This document shows positions 44,531-56,969 of a DNA stretch of 64,000 bases, piece after piece. A program made the position numbers and the translations under genes. Below the pieces are notes generated by a model, which saw nothing but the letters and a program-made list of their open reading frames with translations, did no database searches and had not been told where the DNA came from. How positions within the stretch are numbered: the stretch's first letter is position 1; each line of letters begins with the position of its first letter. This stretch comes from the human T2T-CHM13v2.0 reference genome, Homo sapiens. The stretch is taken from NCBI RefSeq assembly GCF_009914755.1, contig NC_060933.1; one strand, given 5' to 3'.

Positions 44531-47500
44531 GAACGGAATGGAATGGAATGGGATGGAATGGAATGGAATGCAATGGAATGGAATCTACCCGAGTACAATG
44601 GAATGGAATGGAATGGAATGGAATGGAATGGAATGGAATGGAATGCAATGAAATGGAATCTTCCGGAATGGAATGGAATGGAATGGAATGGAATGCAATG
44701 GATTCAACTCGATTGCAATGGAATGGAATAGAATGGAATGGAGTGGAATGGAATGGAATGGAATTAAACCGAATAGAATGGAATGGAATGGAATGGAACG
44801 GAACAGAACGGAACGGAACGGAACGGAGTGGAATGGAATGGAATGGAATTGTATGGAATGGAATGGAATGGTACGGAATAGAATGGAATGGAAAGAATTG
44901 GAATGGAATGGAATCGAATGGAATGGAATGGAATGGAATGGAATCAACCCGAGTGCAGGGGAATGTAATGGAACGGAATGCAATGGAATGGAATCATCCG
45001 GAATGGAATGGAATGGAATGGAATGGAATGGAATGGAATGGAATCAACCCGAGTGCAATGGAATGGAGTGGAATGGAATGGAATGGAATGGAACAACCCG
45101 AATGGAATGGAATGTAATGGAGAGTAAGGGAGTTGAATAGAATCAATCCGAATGTAATGGAATAGAACGGAATGGAATGGAATGGAATGGAATGGAATGG
45201 AATGGAATGCAATGGAATGGAATGGTATCAACCCGACTGCAGGGTAATGGAATGGAATGGAATGCAATGGAATGGATTCAACTTGAATGGAATGGAAAGA
45301 ATGGAATCAACACGAGTGGAATGGCATGGATTGGAATGGAATGGAATGGAATCAACCCGAGTACAGGGGAATGGAATGGAATGGAATGCAATGGAATGGA
45401 ATCATCCGTAATGGAATGGAAAGGAATGGAATGGAATGGAATGGAATGGAATGGAATGGAATGGAATGGAATGGAATCAACTCGATTGCAATCGAATGGA
45501 ATGGAATGGAATTAACCCGAATAGAATGGAATGGAATGGAATGGAACGGAACGGAATGGAATGGAATGGAATGGAATGGAACGGAATGGAATGGAATGGA
45601 ATGGAATGGAATCAACGCGAGTGCAGGGGAAAGGAAAGGAATGGAATGCAATGGAATGGAATCTTCTGGAATGGAATGGAATGGAATGGAATGGAATGAA
45701 ATGCAATGGATTCAACTCGATTGCAATGGAATGGAATAGAATGGAATGGAATGGAATGGAATGGAATTAATCCGAATAGAATGGAATGGAATGGAATGGA
45801 ACGGAATGGAACGGAATGGAATGGAATGGAATGGAATGGAATGGTATGGAATGGAATGGAATGGTACGGAATAGAATGGAATGGAAAGAATTGTAATGGA
45901 ATGGAATTGAATGGAATGGAATGGAATGGAATGGAATCAACGCGAGTGCAGAGGAATGTAATGGAACGGAATGCAATGGAATGGAATCATCCGGAATGGA
46001 ATGGAATGGAATGCAATGGAATGGAATCAACCCGAGTGCAATGGAATGGAATGGAATGGAATGGAATGGAATGGAACAACCCGAATGGAATGGAATGTAA
46101 TGGAGAGTAAGGGAGTTGAATAGAATCAATCCGAATGTAATGGAATGGAATGCAACGGAATGGAATGGAATGGAATGGAATGGAATGCAATGGAATGGAA
46201 TCAACCCGAGTACAATGGAATGGAATGGAATGGAATGGAATGGAATGGAATGGAATGGAATGGAATGGAATGATACGGAATAGAATGGAATGGATCGAAA
46301 TGGAATGGAATGGAATGGAATGCAATGGAATGGAATGGAATCGTTCCGAGTGGAATAGGAGGGAATGTATTCGAGTGGAATGAAAGGAATGGAATCAACC
46401 AGAGTGGAATGGAAGGGAATGGAATGGAATGGAAAATAATAGAATGGAATCAACCCGAGTGGAATGGAATGGAAAGGACTGGAATGGAATGGAATGGAAT
46501 GGAATGGAATGCAATGGAATGGAATCAACCCGAGTGCAATCGAATGGAATCGAACGGAATGGAATGCAATGGAATGGATTCAACTTGAATGGAAAGGAAA
46601 GAATGGAATCAACACGAGTGGAATGGCATGGATTGGAATGGAATGGAATGGAATCAACCCGAGTACAGGGGAATGGAATGGAATGGAATGCAATGGAATG
46701 GAATCATCAGTAATGGAATGGAAAGGAATGGAAAGGACTGGAATGGAATGGAATGGAATGGAATGGAATGGAATGGAATGCAATCAACTCGATTGCAATC
46801 GAATGGAATGGAATGGAATTAACCCGAATAGAATGGAATGGAATGGAATGGAACGGAACGGAATGGAATGGAATGGAATGGAATGGAACGGAAAGGAATG
46901 GAATGGAATAGAATGGAACGGAATGGAAAGGAATCGAATCAACGCGAGTGCAGAGGAATGGAATGAAATCGAATGGAATGGAAAGGAATGGAATGGAATT
47001 AACCCGAGTGCAGGGGAAGGTAATGCAACCGAATGCAATGGAATGGAATCATCCGGAATGGAATGGAATGGAATGGAATGGAATCAACCCGAGTGCAATG
47101 GAATGGAGTGGAATGGAAAGGAATGGAATGGAACAACCCGAATGGAATGGAATGTAATAGAGAGTAAGGGAGTTGAAAAGAATCAATCCGAATGTAATGG
47201 AATGGAATGGAACGGAATGGAATGGAATGGGATGGAATGGAATGGAATGCAATGGAATGGAATCTACCCGAGTACAATGGAATGGAATGGAATGGAATGG
47301 AATGGAATGGAATGGAATGGAATGCAATGAAATGGAATCTTCCGGAATGGAATGGAATGGAATGGAATGGAATGCAATGGATTCAACTCGATTGCAATGG
47401 AATGGAATAGAATGGAATGGAGTGGAATGGAATGGAATGGAATTAAACCGAATAGAATGGAATGGAATGGAATGGAACGGAACAGAACGGAACGGAACGG

Positions 47501-47700
47501 AACGGAGTGGAATGGAATGGAATGGAATTGTATGGAATGGAATGGAATGGTACGGAATAGAATGGAATGGAAAGAATTGGAATGGAATGGAATCGAATGG
47601 AATGGAATGGAATGGAATGGAATCAACCCGAGTGCAGGGGAATGTAATGGAACGGAATGCAATGGAATGGAATCATCCGGAATGGAATGGAATGGAATGG
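42560..47700 (+). repeat. Near-tandem duplication, period ~2.67 kb (about 42,560-45,020 and 45,215-47,700)
   Basis: Identical ORF pairs 43755/46429, 44269/46948, 44320/46999, 44528/47207 (offset 2,674-2,679). Shared variants: GGGATGG, GAATCTACCCGAG, GCAATGAAATGGAATCTTCC. Confidence 0.92.
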
Positions 47701-49474
47701 AATGGAATCTTCCGGAATGGAATGGAATGGGTTGGAATGAAATGCAATTGATTCAACTCGATTGCAATGGAATGGAATAGAATGGTATGGAATGGAATGG
47801 AATGGAATGGAATTAACCCGAATAGAATGGAATGGAATGGAATGGAACGGAATGGAACGGAATGGAATGGAATGGAATGGAATAGAAAGGAATGGAATGG
47901 AATGGAATTGAATGGAATCAACCCGAGTGCAATGGAATGGAATGGAATGGAACAACCCGAATTGAATGGAATGTAATGGAGAGTAAGGGAGTTGAATAGA
48001 ATCAATCCGAATGGAATGGAATGGAATGGAACGGAATGTAATGGAATGGAATGGAATGGAATTAACCCGAGTGCAGGGGAATGGAATGGAATGTAATGTA
48101 GAGTAAGGGAGTTGAATAGAATCAATCCGAATGTAATGGAATGGAATGCAACGGAATGGAATGGAATGGAATGGAATGGAATGGAATGGAATGGAATGGA
48201 ATGCAATCGTTCCGAGTGGAATAGGAGGGAATGTATTCGAGTGGAATGGAAAGGAATGGAATCAACCAGAGTGGAATGGAAGGGAATGGAATGGAATGGA
48301 AACTAATAGAATGGAATCAACCCGAGTGGAATGGAATGCAAAGGACTGGAATGGAATGGAATGGAATGGAATGGAATCAACGCGAGTGCAGGGGAATGGA
48401 ATGGAATCGAATGGAATGGAATGGAATCAACCCGAGTGCAATCGAATGGAATCGAATGGAATGGAATGCAATGGAATGGATTCAACTTGAATGGAAAGGA
48501 AAGAATGGAATCAACACGAGTGGAATGGCATGGATTGGAATGGAATGGAATGGAATCAACCCGAGTACAGGGGAATGGAATGGAATGGAATGCAATGGAA
48601 TGGAATCATCGGTAATGGAATGGAAAGGAATGGAAAGGACTGGAATGGAATGGAATGGAATGGAATGGAATGGAATGGAATGCAATGGAATGGAATCAAC
48701 CCGAGTGGAATGGAATGGAGAGGAATGGAATGGAATGGAATGGAAACTACCCGAATGGAATGGAATGTAATGGAGTGTAAGGGAATTGAATAGAATCAAT
48801 CCGAATGTAATGGAATGGAATGGAACGGAATGGAATGGAATGGAATGGAATGGAATGCAATGGAATGGAATCAACCCGAGTGCAATCGAATGGAATCGAA
48901 TGGAATGGAATGCAATGGAATGGATTCAACTTGAATGGAATGGAAAGAATGGAATCAACACGAGTGGAATGGCATGGCATGGAATGGAATGGAATGGAAT
49001 CAACCCGAGTACAGGGGAATTTAATGTAATGGAATGCAATGGAATGGAATCATCCGTAATGGAATGGAAAGGAATGGAATGGAATGGAATGGAATGGAAT
49101 GGAATGGAATGGACTCAACTCGTTTGCAATCGAATGGAATGGAATGGAATTAACCCGAATAGAATGGAATGGAATAGAATGGAACGGAACGGAATGGAAC
49201 GGAATGGAATGGAATGGAATGGAATGGAACGGAACAGAATGGAATGGAATGGAATGGAATGGAATCAACGCGAGTGCAGGGGAATGGAATGGAATGGAAT
49301 GCAATGGAATGGAATCTTCCGGAATGGAATGGAATGGAATGGAATGGAATGGAATGGAATGGAATCAACCCGAGTGCAATGGAATGGAGTGGAATGGAAT
49401 GCAGTGGAATGGAACAACCCGAATGGAATGGAATGGAATGGAGAGTAAGGGAGTTGAATAGAATCAATCCGAAT

Positions 49475-51830
49475 GTAATGGAATGGAATGGAACGGAATG
49501 GAATTGAATGGAATGTAATGGAATGCAATGGAATGGAATCAACCCGAGTGCAATGGAATGGAGAGGAATGGAATTGAATGGAATGGAAACTAACCGAATG
49601 GAATGGAATGTAATGGAGTGTAAGGGAATTGAATAGAATCAATCCGAATGTAATGGAATGGAATGGAACGGAATGGAATGGAATGGAATGGAATCAACTC
49701 GATTGTAATGGAATGGAATGGAAGGGAATGGAGTGGAATGGAATGGAATCAACCCGAGTGTAGGGGAATGGAATGGAATGGAATGCAATGGAATGGAATC
49801 ATCCGGAATGGAATGGAATGGAATGGAATGCAAAGCAATGGAATCAACTCGATTGCAATGGAATGGAATGGAATGGAAAGTAATACATTGGAAGCAACCC
49901 GAGTGGAATGGAATGGAAAGGACTGGAATGGAGTGGAATGGAATGGAATGGAATGGAATGGAATCAACTCGATTGGAATGGAATGGAATGGAATGGAATG
50001 GAATGGAATGGAATGGAATTAACCCGAATAGAATGGAATGGAATGGAATGGAACGGAACGGAACGGAACGGAATGGAATGGAATGGAATGGAATGGAATG
50101 GAATGGAAACAACCCGACTGCAGGGGAATGGAATGGAATGGAATGCAATGGAATGGATTTAACTTGAATGGAATGGAAACAATGGAATCGACACGAGTGG
50201 AATGGCATGGATTGGAATGGAATGGAATGGAATCAACCCGAGTACAGGGGAATGAAATGGAATGGAATGCAATGGAATGGAATCATCCATAATGGAATGG
50301 AAAGGAATGGAATGGAATGGAATGGAATGGAATGGAATGGAATGGAATCAACTCGATTGCAATCGAATGGAATGGAATGGAATTAACCCGAATAGAATGG
50401 AATGGAATGGAATGGAACGGAACGGAACGGAATGGAATGGATTGGAATGGAATGGAATGGAATGGAATGCAAAGGAATGGAATGGAATGGAATGGAATGG
50501 AATGGAACGGAATGGAATGGAATGGAATGGAATGGAATGGAAAACCCGAGTGCAATGGAATGGAGTGGAATGGAATGGAATGGAATGGAACAACCCGAAT
50601 AGAATGGAATGTAATGGAGAGTAAGGGAGTTGAATAGAATCAATCCGAAAGTAATGGAATGGAATGGAACGGAATGGAATTGAATGGAATGTAATGGAAT
50701 GCAATGGAATGGAATCAACCCGAGTGCAATGGAATGGAGAGGAATGGAATTGAATGGAATGGAAACTAACCGAATGGAATGGAATGTAATGGAGTGTAAG
50801 GGAATTGAATAGAATCAATCCGAATGTAATGGAATGGAATGGAACGGAATGGAATGGAATGGAATGGAATCAACTCGATTGTAATGGAATGGAATGGAAG
50901 GGAATGGAGTGGAATGGAATGGAATCAACCCGAGTGCAGGGGAATGGAATGGAATGGAATGCAATGGAATGGAATCATCCGGAATGGAATGGAATGGAAT
51001 GGAATGCAAAGCAATGGAATCAACTCGATTGCAATGGAATGGAATGGAATGGAAAGGAATACATTGGAAGCAACCCGAGTGGAATGGAATGGAAAGGACT
51101 GGAATGGAGTGGAATGGAATGGAATGGAATGGAATGGAATCAACTCGATTGGAATGGAATGGAATGGAATGGAATGGAATGGAATGGAATGGAATTAACC
51201 CGAATAGAATGGAATGGAATGGAATGGAACGGAACGGAACGGAACGGAATGGAATGGAATGGAATGGAATGGAATGGAATGGAATGGAAACAACCCGACT
51301 GCAGGGGAATGGAATGGAATGGAATGCAATGGAATGGATTCAACTTGAATGGAATGGAAACAATGGAATCAACACGAGTGGAATGGCATGGATTGGAATG
51401 GAATGGAATGGAATCAACCCGAGTACAGGGGAATGAAATGGAATGGAATGCAATGGAATGGAATCATCCATAATGGAATGGAAAGGAATGGAATGGAATG
51501 GAATGGAATGGAATGGAATGGAATGGAATCAACTCGATTGCAATCGAATGGAATGGAATGGAATTAACCCGAATAGAATGGAATGGAATGGAATGGAACG
51601 GAACGGAACGGAATGGAATGGATTGGAATGGAATGGAATGGAATGGAATGCAAAGGAATGGAATGGAATGGAATGGAATGGAATGGAATGGAATGGAATG
51701 GAATGGAATGGAATGGAAAACCCGAGTGCAATGGAATGGAGTGGAATGGAATGGAATGGAATGGAACAACCCGAATAGAATGGAATGTAATGGAGAGTAA
51801 GGGAGTTGAATAGAATCAATCCGAAAGTAA
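49475..51830 (+). repeat. Tandem duplication, unit ~1.18 kb
   Basis: ORF pairs 49663/50839 (1,176), 50168/51349 and 50262/51443 (1,181). Shared variants: TTGGAAGCAACCCG, GGAAACAATGG, GCAAAGGAAT, GGAAAACCCGAG, CCGAAAGTAAT (50645/51821). Confidence 0.92.
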
Positions 51831-53860
51831 TGGAATGGAATGGAACGGAATGGAATTGAATGGAATGGAATGGAATGCAATGGAATGGAATCAACCCGAG
51901 GTCAATGGAATGGAGAGGAATGGAATGGAATGGAATGGAAACTACACGAATGGAATGGAATGTAATGGAGTGTAAGGGAATTGAATAGAATCAATCTGAA
52001 TGTAATGGAATGGAATGGAACGTAATGGAATGGAATGGAATGGAATGGAATGGAATTAATCCGAATAGAATGGAATGGAATGGAATGGAACGGAATGGAA
52101 CGGAATGGAATGGAATGGAATGGAATGGAATGGTATGGAATGGAATGGAATGGTACGGAATAGAATGGAATGGAACGAATTGTAATGGAATGGAATTGAA
52201 TGGAATGGAATGGAATGGAATGGAATCAACGCGAGTGCAGGGGAATGTAATGGAACGGAATGCAATGCAATGGAATCATCCGGAATGGAATGGAATGGAA
52301 TGGAATGGAATGGAATGGAATGGAATCAACCCGAGTGCAATGGAATAGAGTGGAATGGAATGGAATGGAATGGAACAACCCGAATGGAGTGGAATGTAAT
52401 GGAGAGTAAGGGAGTTGAATAGAATCAATCCGAATGTAATGGAATGGAGTGCAACGGAATGGAATGGAATGGAATGGAATGGAATGCAATGGAATTGAAT
52501 CAACCCGAGTACAATGGAATGGAATGGAATGGAATGGAATGGAATGGAATGGAATGGAATGGAATGGAATGGAATCGTTCCGAGTGGAATAGGAGGGAAT
52601 GTATTCGAGTGGAATGGAAAGGAATGGTACCAACCAGAGTGGAATGGAAGGGAATGGAATGGAATGGAAACTAATAGAATGGAATCAACCCGAGTGGAAT
52701 GGAATGGAAAGGACTGGAATGGAATGGAATGGAATGAAATCAACTCGATTGTAATGGAATGGAATGGAATGGAATGGAATGCATTGGAATTAACCCGAAT
52801 ACAATGGAATGGAATGGAATGGAACGGAATGGAGTGGAATAGAATGGAATCAACCCGAGTGCAGGGGAATGGAATGGAATGGAATGCAATGGAATGGAAT
52901 CATCCGGAATGGAATGGAATGGAATGGAATGCAAAGCAATGGAATCAACTCGATTGCAATGGAATGGAATGGAATGGAAAGGAATACATTGGAATCAACC
53001 CGAGTGGAATGGAATGGAAATGACTGGAATGGAGTGGAATGGAAAGGAATGGAATGGAATGGAATCAACTCGATTGGAATGGAATGGAATGGAATGGAAT
53101 TAACCCGAATAGAATGGAATGGAATGGAATGGAACGGAACGGAATGGAATGGAATGGAATGGAATGGAATGGAATGGAATGGAATGGTATCAACCCGACT
53201 GCAGGGTAATGGAATGGAATGGAATGCAATGGAATGGATTCAACTTGAATGGAATGGAAAGAATGGAATCAACACGAGTGGAATGGCATGGATTGGAATG
53301 GAATGGAATGGAATCAACCCGAGTACAGGGGAATGGAATGGAATGGGATGCAATGGAATGGAATCATCCGTAATGGAATGGAAAGGAATGGAATTGAACG
53401 GAATGGAATGGAATGGAATGGAATGGAATGGAATCAACTCGATTGCAATCGAATGGAATGGAATGGAATTAACCCGAATAGAATGGAATGGAATGGAATG
53501 GAACGGAACGGAATGGAATGGAATGGAATGGAATGGAACGGAATGGAATGGAATGGAATGGAATGGAATCAACGCGAGTGCAGGGGAATGGAAAGGAATG
53601 GAATGCAATGGAATGGAATCTTCTGGAATGGAATGGAATGGAATGGAATGGAATGAAATGCAATGGATTCAACTCGATTGCAATGGAATGGAATAGAATG
53701 GAATGGAATGGAATGGAATGGAATTAATCCGAATAGAATGGAATGGAATGGAATGGAACGGAATGGAACGGAATGGAATGGAATGGAATGGAATGGAATG
53801 GTATGGAATGGAATGGAATGGTACGGAATAGAATGGAATGGAAAGAATTGTAATGGAATG
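50650..53860 (+). repeat. Third paralogous copy of the block at ~28.65-31.83 kb and ~36.98-40.11 kb (offsets ~22.0 and ~13.7 kb)
   Basis: ORF triplets 28853/37178/50839, 30741/38996/52740 and 31629/39914/53663. Shared variants: CCCGAGGTCAAT, AACTACACGAA, GGTACC at 52626, GCATTGGAATTAAC, GGTATCAACCCGACTGCAGGGTAAT. Confidence 0.87.
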
Positions 53861-56800
53861 GAATGGAATGGAATGGAATGGAATCAACCCGAGTGCAATG
53901 GAATGGAGTGGAATGGAAAGGAATGGAATGGAACAACCCGAATGGAATGGAATGTAATGGAGAGTAAGGGAGTTGAAAAGAATCAATCCGAATGTAATGG
54001 AATGGAATGGAACGGAATGGAATGGAATGGAATGGAATGGAATGGAATGCAATGGAATGGAATCAACCCGAGTACAATGGAATGGAATGGAATGGAATGG
54101 AATGGAATGGAATGGAATGGAATGGAATGGAATGGAATCTTCCGGAATGGAAGGGAATGGAATGGAATGGAATGGAGTGGAATGCAATGGATTCAACTCG
54201 ATTGCAATGGAATGGAATAGAATGGAATGGAATGGAATGGAATGGAATTAACCCGAATAGAATGGAATGGAATGGAATGGAACGGAACAGAACGGAACGG
54301 AACGGAACGGAGTGGAATGGAATGGAATGGAATTCTATGGAATGGAATGGAATGCTGCGGTATAGAATGGAATGCAAAGAATTGGAATGGAATGGAATCG
54401 AATGGAATGGAATGGAATGGAATGGAATCAACCCGAGTGCAGGGGAAAGTAATGGAAAGGAATGCAATGGAATGGAATCATCCGGAATGGAATGGAATGG
54501 AATGGAATGGAATGGAATGGAATGGAATCAACCCGAGCGCAATGGAATGGAGTGGAATGGAATGGAATGGAATGGAACAACCCGAATGGAATGGAATGTA
54601 ATGGAGAGTAAGGGAGTTGAATAGAATCAATCCGAATGTAATGGAATGGAACGGAATGGAATGGAATGGAATGGAATGGAATGGAATGGAGTGGAATGCA
54701 ATGGAATGGAATCAACCCGAGTACAATGGAAAGGAATGGAATGGAATGTAATGTAATGGAATGGAATGGAATGGAATCAACCCGAGTGCAATGGAATGGA
54801 GAGGAATGGAATGGAATGGAATGGAAACTACCCGAATGGAATGGAATGTAATGGAGTGTAAAGGAATTGAATAGAATCAATCCGAATGGAATGGAATGGA
54901 ATGGAACGGAATGTAATGGAATGGAATGGAATGGAATCAACCCGAGTGCAGGGGAATGGAATGGAATGGAATGCAATGGAATGGAATCATCTGGAATGGA
55001 ATGGAATGGAATGCAATGGAATGGAATGGAATGGAATCAACCCGAGTACAATGGAATGGAGTGAAATGGAATGGAATGGAATGGAGACAACCAGAATGGA
55101 TTGGAATATAATGGAGTGTAAGGGAATTGAATAGAATCAATCTGAATGTAATGAAATGGAATGGAATGGAATGGAATGGAATGCAATGGAATGGAATCAA
55201 CCCGAGTGCAATCGAATGGAATCGAATGGAATGGAATGCAATGGAATGGATTCAACTTGAATGGAATGGAAAGAATGGAATCAACACGAGTGGAATGGCA
55301 TGGATTGGAATGGAATGGAATGGAATCAACCCGAGTATAGGGGAATGGAATGGAATGGAATGCAATGGAATGGAATCATCCGTAATGGAATGGAAAGGAA
55401 TGGAATGGAATGGAATGGAATGGAATGGAATGGAATGGAATCAACTCGATTGCAATCGAATGGAATGGAATGGAATTAACCCGAATAGAATGGAATGGAA
55501 TGGAATGGAAGGGAACGGAATGGAATGGAATGGAATGGAATGGAATGGAATGGAACGGAAAGGAAAGGAATGGAATGGAATCGAATGGAATGGAATGGAA
55601 TCAACGCGAGTGAAGGGGAATGGAATGGAATAGAATGGAATGGAATGGAATCAACGCGAGTGCAGGGGAATGGAATGGAATGCAATGCAATGGAATGGAA
55701 TCTTCCGGAATGGAATGGAATGGAATGGAATGGAATTGAATGGAATGGAATCAACACGAGTGCAATGGAACGGAGAGGAATGGAATGGAATGGAATGGAA
55801 CAACCCGAATGGAATGGAATGTAATGGAGAGTAAGGGAGTTGAATAGAATCAATCCGAATGTAATGGAATGGAATGGAACGGAATGGAATTGAATGGAAT
55901 GGAATGGAATGCAATGGAATGGAATCAACCCGAGTGCAATGGAATGGAGAGGAATGGAATGGAATGGAATGGAAACTACCCGAATGGAATGGAATGTAAT
56001 GGAGTGTAAGGGAATTGAATAGAATCAATCCGAATGTAATGGAATGGAATGGAACGGAATGGAATGGAATGGAATGGAATGGAATGGAATGGAATGCAAT
56101 GGAATGGAATCAACCCGAGTGCAATCGAATGGAATCGAATGGAATGGAATGCAATGGAATGGATTCAACTTGAATGGAATGGAAAGAATGGAATCAACAC
56201 GAGTGGAATGGCATGGCTTGGAATGGAATGGAATGGAATCAACCCGAGTACAGGGGAATTTAATGTAATGGAATGCAATGGAATGGAATCATCCGTAATG
56301 GAATGGAAAGGAATGGAATGGAATGGAATGGAATGGAATGGAATGGAATGGACTCAACTCGATTGCAATCGAATGGAATGGAATGGAATTAACCCGAATA
56401 GAATGGAGTGGAATAGAATGGAACGGAACGGAATGGAACGGAATGGAATGGAATGGAATGGAATGGAACGGAACGGAATGGAATGGAATGGAATGGAATG
56501 GAATCAACGCGAGTGCAGGGGAATGGAATGGAATGGAATGCAATGGAATGGAATCTTCCGGAATGGAATGGAATGGAATGAAATGCAATGGATTCAACTC
56601 GATTGCAATGGAATGGAATAGAATGGAATGGAATGGAATTAATTCGAATAGAATGGAATGGAATGGAATGGAATGGAACGGAATGGAACGGAATGGAATG
56701 GAATGGAATGGAATGGAATAGTATGGAATGGAATGGAATGGTACGGAATAGAATGGAATGGAACGAATTGTAATGGAAAGGAATTGAATGGAATGGAATG

Positions 56801-56969
56801 GAATCAACGCGAGTGCAGGGGAATGTAATGGAACGGAATGCAATGAAATGGAATCATCCGGAATGGAATGGAATGGAATGGAATGGAATGGAATGGAATG
56901 GAATCAACCCGAGTGCAATGGAATGGAGTGGAATGGAATGGAAGGGAATGGAACAACCCGAATGGAATA

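Noticed and set aside
11378-54335. EcoRI sites (11378, 17845, 27913, 36258, 54330) as evidence of a DYZ1-like ~3.5 kb or other fixed restriction period
   Set aside because: Spacing is irregular and contexts differ; only 27913/36258 are paralogous.
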